From Rhynchopus sp. YZ270_cl-10 (taxonomy: Eukaryota): 64,000 bases of DNA. The stretch spans positions 620,001 to 684,000 of the forward strand of contig OZ037842.1 in the NCBI GenBank assembly GCA_964035575.1. Reading direction: 5' to 3'. Shown in pieces: positions 58,329-64,000 of this stretch. Under the pieces are notes generated by a model. The model was not told where the DNA came from, did no database searches, and saw nothing but the letters and a program-made list of their open reading frames with translations. Both the position numbers and the translations under genes were made by a program. Within the stretch, counting starts at the first letter, position 1. Each line of letters starts with the position of its first letter.

Positions 58329-60485
58329 TTAGTGTGATTTTGGTTTTGGGAGATCGTGAAGAGATGCGTATGAAGGGCGAGGTTTTCCGAGAGGAAATGG
58401 GTGGCCTTCTGTGGTCAAAACATATTTGGTGAGCGGGAGGAAGGAGGGGTCGGTGAAGAGAAGGAAGAGGTATTTGAGCGTTTCCGCGATGAAGAAGGAT
58501 TCCATGCTTTTTTTCTGTTTCGCGTCTACATCGGTCACAGCATCTACTCCTACGTAGCCCCCTTCTGCTACCTTACAATGTGTTTCAATCGCAGTAAAGA
58601 TCCTCCACCCAACCTTTCTGTACCACGGCTTCTTCGTAAACCTATAAAAGTAAAACAACGACTCCACAGCCTCAGGTCTCAAAATATTAAACGGTTTTTC
58701 TACCGTCATTTTCCCATCCTTAAATGAATATGCCTCTGCACCCAGCTGCAACTCCGTTTCATCGTACATCAAAACGCACGTTGTCATCATATCCTCCGCC
58801 CATTTGAACAACTCCTTTTCTTCCTCTCCCATAGCGTCCATGGACCATCCGGTTAAGGAGACGATGTGAAGGAGTATGGTTCCTGGTAAAAAGCAGGACA
58901 AATGATCCATCCGTTTGTGAAGACTACCGCTGCGGAGGAAGCCGAGAAGAGTGTATTTCCCTTCTTTGTCTGAAAGGTGTCTGCGCATGCCTTTGGTACT
59001 CTGTTTGAACATATCGTTATAGATGTTGTACGTCGCGTACGGCCCGGAGATGTCCCCTGCGTCATCATCCTGTTTGTTCACACCACGCTTCTCGAGGTTA
59101 AGCATCGCATCCGGGTTCGACAAAATATATTGTTTCAAAAGACACTCATAAAACGAATCCCCCAAGCTCCCGACACTATACGTATTCGAAGCGAATCTCC
59201 CCTTCAGCGGGTTAATGAACAGCGGGTAAAGCCCATCCAAATACCCTTTCCTCTGAGTCGTCTCCTCAACCTGCTCTACAACGTCTTCAGATCCGTCGCT
59301 CGTAATCCGCTTTTCGACAATATCTTTCACTACAACCGACGGAAAAAAAACCTCAAACGCTTTGGTAACCACTTGATCATATTTTCCTTCCCCAAGAAGC
59401 CAAGAAAGATACCGCCATTCAAGTTGAATGGACCCTACTTCACTGAGAATCACATTGTCTCTCGTCCACGAGTAGGTTCCGTGGTGGTGGGTGGTGGGGT
59501 TGAAGAGGGTGGGAGGAACCCCGGTGGGGTAGATGTCGAAGGCGGGGAGAAGGGTATCGGCGATGTCCTTTGCCTTCTCGAGGAGGACGTCGTCGACGGA
59601 GAGGGTGTATGCGCCAAGGAGACCGCCAATGACGCGAATGGTTACCTCAAAGACGGAAATGTTGCCGTTGTGTATGGGGTTAAGGTTTTGATCGAGGTAG
59701 GCCACGCTTTCGTCAAATTCCTGCCGCAGGCCCATGATCCAGAGGGTGTCTAGCGAATCAATCATGGTAACGGCGTATGGTTGGTCAAGAGACCAATCGC
59801 GGTAGCCGCTGCCAGGGTGCGCCTCGTCGTGGCCCCAAGCGTATTCAGTGTACCCCTTCCACGCATGGAGGGTTGCGTCCACAACCGCCGTCGCCTTCTC
59901 CATGTCTGTGTCGCCGCATTCCTGGTCGTATTCGTCCACCCGGTCGTCCTTAACCCGCCACACCCCATCGTCCTGTCTAATGAGAGGGTGGTCCACGTTC
60001 TGTGGTTCCTCCCAATTTTTTGGTGCAACACAAAACGAAGGGCGTCCCCCAAATGGTTTAAACGGCTTTCCATCCAACCCCATCCGTCTCTGGTTCAGCC
60101 CGGTTCCAGGTTTGCGGCGTGGGGTGTCCTCAGCGCGGGGTGGTTTCGCTGCTTTTCCGGTGGTGCTCCGGCTGGGGCGTTTTACTCCACTTAAAACCGG
60201 TTTGACACGCCGTTCGCCTCCCCAGCCTGGCTCTTCCAATTCATCGGGTGCGGTGGGGGGTGTGGGAACGCGTTTCTTGACCTCGCGAAGTTGGGGTTGC
60301 TCTTGAGGTCGGGTGTGCTGGTATTTGTTCACGTAGTGGAGGGAGGCGCCCAGAAGGAGCAACGCGAAGAAGACAATGGGGACAATAGGTTTGCGTGTAC
60401 TGCTGCGCGGCCGCGCAACCGTTTGAGGAAGGTGCGCCGTATGGCTCGAAGGGATCACAATGCCAACGGAGTGCCCCCTATGCAT
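58329..60485 (-). CDS. Class I alpha-1,2-mannosidase (glycoside hydrolase family 47), type II membrane protein
   Basis: 718-aa ORF with an N-terminal TM and motifs HAWKGY.EYAWGHDE, IDSLDTLWIMGL, SVFEVTIRVIGGLL, EVGSIQLEW, GSLGDSFYE.LLK, DHLSCFLPG, LRPEAVESLFY, MESFFIAETLKYLFLLF and TEGHP. Confidence 0.96.
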   Translation of the reverse strand: MHRGHSVGIVIPSSHTAHLPQTVARPRSSTRKPIVPIVFFALLLLGASLHYVNKYQHTRPQEQPQLREVKKRVPTPPTAPDELEEPGWGGERRVKPVLSGVKRPSRSTTGKAAKPPRAEDTPRRKPGTGLNQRRMGLDGKPFKPFGGRPSFCVAPKNWEEPQNVDHPLIRQDDGVWRVKDDRVDEYDQECGDTDMEKATAVVDATLHAWKGYTEYAWGHDEAHPGSGYRDWSLDQPYAVTMIDSLDTLWIMGLRQEFDESVAYLDQNLNPIHNGNISVFEVTIRVIGGLLGAYTLSVDDVLLEKAKDIADTLLPAFDIYPTGVPPTLFNPTTHHHGTYSWTRDNVILSEVGSIQLEWRYLSWLLGEGKYDQVVTKAFEVFFPSVVVKDIVEKRITSDGSEDVVEQVEETTQRKGYLDGLYPLFINPLKGRFASNTYSVGSLGDSFYECLLKQYILSNPDAMLNLEKRGVNKQDDDAGDISGPYATYNIYNDMFKQSTKGMRRHLSDKEGKYTLLGFLRSGSLHKRMDHLSCFLPGTILLHIVSLTGWSMDAMGEEEKELFKWAEDMMTTCVLMYDETELQLGAEAYSFKDGKMTVEKPFNILRPEAVESLFYFYRFTKKPWYRKVGWRIFTAIETHCKVAEGGYVGVDAVTDVDAKQKKSMESFFIAETLKYLFLLFTDPSFLPLTKYVLTTEGHPFPLGKPRPSYASLHDLPKPKSH

Positions 60486-61601
60486 GGTGCCTCCCCGCTT
60501 ACCGTCTCGCCTCCCAACTGTGGTGGTGGTGGTGTGGTGGGAGAAGGCTGGGATGGGGGGGGAGACAGTGAGGGAGGTCGTACTTCAATTGCTTTAGTGG
60601 GATCCAACCTCTGAGATGAACCAAAAGCTGGAGTCTCAACTAGAGGGTGTGATTATGACACTGTGTTCGACAGGTCAGAGGCTGGACCCCATGTAGAAGA
60701 GGTTTTCTATAAAAAAACACCATTCATTTACCCTCCCTGACAGAATGGTTTGCATAAGGGCGGACAACGGGAGGAAATATAAACTAGAGGGAGGGAGGGA
60801 GAGGTATTTTTTTTAATCGCTTTCGGCTTTTCGGCCAAAAAACATTTTTTTTTTCTGGGGGGAAAAAATGCCCAGGAATAAAAGGGGTTTTTAAAAGGGG
60901 GGTGGGAATGGGATTGGGTGGGAAGGAGTGTGTGTCTTTGTATGTTTTTTTTTGTGGGGGTTGTATCCCAGCTGTTTTTCTGAGCTCTACCGAGGAGAAT
61001 GCAGGAGGGATGTCACCCCCACCCATTTTTTTTATTGGCACCTTCACCTTACCCGATGAATGGCGATACAGTGTAGAGTATGTTTGCTGTCTTAGACACT
61101 TGTTATAGAGTACCCTCAGGAGTTGTGGGGGAGGAAAGAACAAAAATAAAAAAGGTAATATGCCCGTAAACCTCTCGTCGCTTACGTCATATCTAAGGCA
61201 ATGTGTAATGTGCAGTGCACATTTAAAAAAAAAAAATCAACAACAGGCGGTATTTTAAAATGTACAACTCGCCTGGCTTAACAGAGAATGGAGAACAAAC
61301 AAGATATTTTTTTTTGGGGGGGCAAAAAAAAAGGGAAAACAGAGGCATTAAATGATGTGAGGGCCTGGCACATTGATCCATTCTTCTCAATGGCCATCTG
61401 AACAGGGTGTAGTACGCATCCTCCTCTCTGTGACGATCCATTGTTGGGTTTTCATGTGAAGCGCGGTTGAAGGCACTTTCGTTTCCAACAATAGGTTCAC
61501 ATCGCACCGTCATAGCTATTCAGAATTTACTTATTTTTCGTGTTTTGAACACGCACCTCGCATTCAACTCATGCAAGAAAGCACTGAGGAAAGAAGAAAA
61601 C

Positions 61602-62361
61602 CAGGGGTGTCGCTAATTTTGGGGAAATTTTTGAAAAATCTGAAATCGGGGTGCAAAAATTTTTTTTTACGTGGGGATTTTTTTTTCCATTACCAGGGGG
61701 CGAAAAAACAGTGTTTTGTGGCATTTCCGAGCCAATCCCAGGCTGTGGTGGGGGATATACGGAAAAATGGACAAACTTTTAGTGACTTAAATTTTCGCAA
61801 AATATGAACCCATACTCTTAAACATGGGTCATTTTCAAGTCTGAAAACCCAAATTCAGATGAAATTGTGGTGTTTTTGACACCACTGAGAACAGTAGGTA
61901 GCGCCGCAGGCGCACGGTACCCAACTTTTGTCTTTTTGCTTTTTCCTTTTTCTCTGCGTTCTTTTGATTGTGCGAGCCGATTGCTCTCCACGCTGGGGTC
62001 ACATGTGTGCGCAAAAACACGCTATGGTACCTTTACTAAGGAAACCCTGGTTTGCAAAAAAAAAGGGTAAGACAGGGTAAGGTAAATCTGGAAATCCCAC
62101 CCAAAAAAAAAAATCTTCGCGGGGTGAGGGCGGCACCTGGGGATTTTCCCTGACCCCCAAAAACCTCGTTTTTGGAACGTTCTGACACAACCGAGTTCAC
62201 GGTGGCCTCTCTCTTAAAAAAAGAACAAGTTGTTAACACATTAAACCCACCCTGTATTAGGTGCAATTTTTTTTTTCCTACACAGATTTTACTAGGGGTG
62301 CAAAATTTTTTTTTGGTTTTGAAAAAGTCGGGACCCTGGACCCGAATTAGCGACACCCCTG
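61602..62361. mobile_element. hAT-like non-autonomous transposon with perfect 8-bp TSD
   Basis: AAGAAAAC|CAGGGGTGTCGCTAATT ... AATTAGCGACACCCCTG|AAGAAAAC. Confidence 0.9.
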
Positions 62362-63409
62362 AAGAAAACTGCAAAAAAAAAAAAAAAAAAAAAGAAGGGG
62401 AAAAAAACTGGGTAATTCGCTTAGAAAAGCAGGATAAAGAGAAAAAAAACTTGTAAAGACAAAATGCGCTTCTCATACACATCTTAAAAGAGTGGTAAAA
62501 AAATGTATCTACAGCATCGCCTGTAAACAGGTTCCCTTGCAGAAAAGAAAACAAAATGTATCGACCTAAAAAGGTGGGGACAAATTTCAGACATCTGCAC
62601 AGTATCCTAGTGTGACAGGAAAGTAGGTTTTAATACCCTGCGGTCAAGGAAACGGCAGTTACTTCTCTGTGTTCTGGTTTTTTGTTTCCTACCTTTGTTT
62701 CAACTTAGCGATTAGTATGGCACCTTCTTGGGTCGTTGTATCGTGATGGGAGGTTACTTATGTTTTTCAAAATCTAAAAAAGAAAAGGCAGTTTCCATAC
62801 TTTGTTGGAGAACCGAATACATCAAGGGGCGTAACACTGCACCCTCTGAAAATTTGAAAAAAAAACAAAAATATAGAAGTTACTCATCACGTATTTTGTA
62901 CAACGTAAAAAAATGCGCAAAGCAGAGTGCTAAGGTTTTTGTTAAGACAATCCCCTTGACGTCCTCACAGTAAAAGAACAGTATGGAAGATACACTTCAG
63001 CCAAAAAAAAGTGAAAAATTAAAGAGAGAGAAAAAAACGCTGGAAAAAAAGGGGGTGTCAGTGTGTCGGAAACACAAACACCCCCCAAAAAAATAAAATA
63101 TGATCACCAGACCAATCTTTAGGTGTATCCAAAAGGAGAGGGTGTAACGCAAATGAAGGGTGCAAAATAATATTCTCATTTTTCTTTTTCTTTTTTTTTT
63201 TGTAAATGTCGCAGCAGAAGCTACGGGAGCCTTTTTTTAATGTCTTTCATTTCTGCACCCTCCTCCTTTTTAGTCGTTATTTTCCCTTCTTCCATTTTTC
63301 AATAATCTGGAAATAGTCAGCCGGAGTCTGTACACAGCTGTCACCTCCCCCCTCCATCTCCATAAACTTTCTTTATAATTTGCAAAAAAACCCCCCCCCC
63401 CCCCCCCCC

Positions 63410-64000
63410 TAGGGGGGTCCGTCCGGCCGTTTTTGCTGTCCCAAACCACTTTTTTTTGTAAAAACCCGCGAAAAACCCGAAAAAACACCCCAAAACACCC
63501 CCAAACCCCCAAAAAATCACCCAAAACCACGAAAAACACACTTTTGAGCACTATTTCGTACTTTATTCTGATTTTTTTGGTGTTTTTTCCCGCTTTTTCA
63601 GCTTTTTTCCTGGAAATATACCCCTTAATATTGCCTATAGAATCCCTGTACTGCTCACTGAGACAGCATAGCGACCAGAGGCTCCTTATTCATCGTACCG
63701 GTGTCTTCGCCGTCAAGGGGTGCACAATCTGCCGCAAATTCCCGCAACTCTGTCTTTGTGAAGAGATGAAGCACTTTAGTGTTGTACTTTTCAAGTTGCT
63801 ACTTCTGGGTGCTTTGCATGGACCTGCCTTTGTGGTGCGCTTTGGTGTGTGCTGCGGTAAGTTCTTCCCTTGAGAGAGACGGAACCCAACCTAGACTGTA
63901 GAGGATGTCTAGGTTCCAGCGACAGTGAGTCGGTGTTGTCGGGGTGCTGGCTCCTTTCGTGGTGGCTTGCAACTTGGTCAAGGACACCGACAACGGATTC
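63410..64000. mobile_element. Left end of a second TAGGGGGGTCC-terminus element with a degenerate minus-strand ORF (runs off the window)
   Basis: C-run then TAGGGGGGTCC...TGCTGTCCCAAACCACTTTTT, matching 54406-54452. A minus frame at ~63657-64000 has one internal TAG and ends LHLFTKTELREFAADCAPLDGEDTGTMNKEPLVAMLSQ. Confidence 0.5.

Larger units (their letters stand above)
22420..61190 (-). repeat. Dispersed ~35-nt hairpin families A/B/C sharing an ACGAGAGG apex
   Basis: Plus-strand consensus A: TAAGATGAACCTAAGCCTCTCGTGCTTAGTCACC (~22420, 23933, 25778, 26468, 28535, 31281, 31443, 31658, 47406, 48400, 48445, 48542, 51071, 53675). B: AGATGAATRTGCCTCTCGTGCACACATCT (~26538, 31603, 37843, 47546, 48852). 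C: TGAAATACAAAGCCCTCTCGTGACAGTGTACCT (~28200, 31383, 40305, 48734). Confidence 0.85.

Noticed and set aside
22420..61190. Short repeats as a CRISPR array
   Set aside because: Copies are dispersed and irregularly spaced with no constant-length spacers, there are no cas genes, and the context is eukaryotic.

Overview
Eukaryotic scaffold, with a 200-N gap at 26838-27037. It has GC-rich coding islands in A/T-homopolymer-rich spacers. Every credible gene lies on the minus strand and one gene has short GT-AG introns. This suggests a euglenozoan-like (diplonemid-like) unidirectional gene cluster, which is an inference. The largest feature is absent from the ORF track: one uninterrupted ORF from 21557 to beyond position 1 (>7,180 aa). 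It encodes a secreted/surface protein with a signal peptide, a Gly-rich domain, a Cys-rich CGN..CDD..GDGC repeat, a VWA domain with MIDAS and about 16 kb of EGF/laminin-like repeats. The other genes are a PHO80/U-type cyclin, a 5-exon membrane-anchored charged coiled-coil protein, a purple-acid-phosphatase-like metallophosphoesterase, a histidine phosphatase, a single-pass membrane protein and a GH47 alpha-1,2-mannosidase. The spacers hold many MITEs (hAT-like with 8-bp TSD, TA-TSD elements, CAC...GTG elements with 2-bp TSD, some nested), a 5x260-bp satellite and an 8-mer microsatellite. The most novel signal is about 50 copies of at least eight families of 30-120 nt hairpin motifs. All copies of each family have the same orientation. 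They fold best as minus-strand (sense) RNA, with G-U pairs, GAGA/UUCG tetraloops and compensatory stem changes. They look like an undescribed set of cis-acting RNA elements or small ncRNAs/short retroposons.
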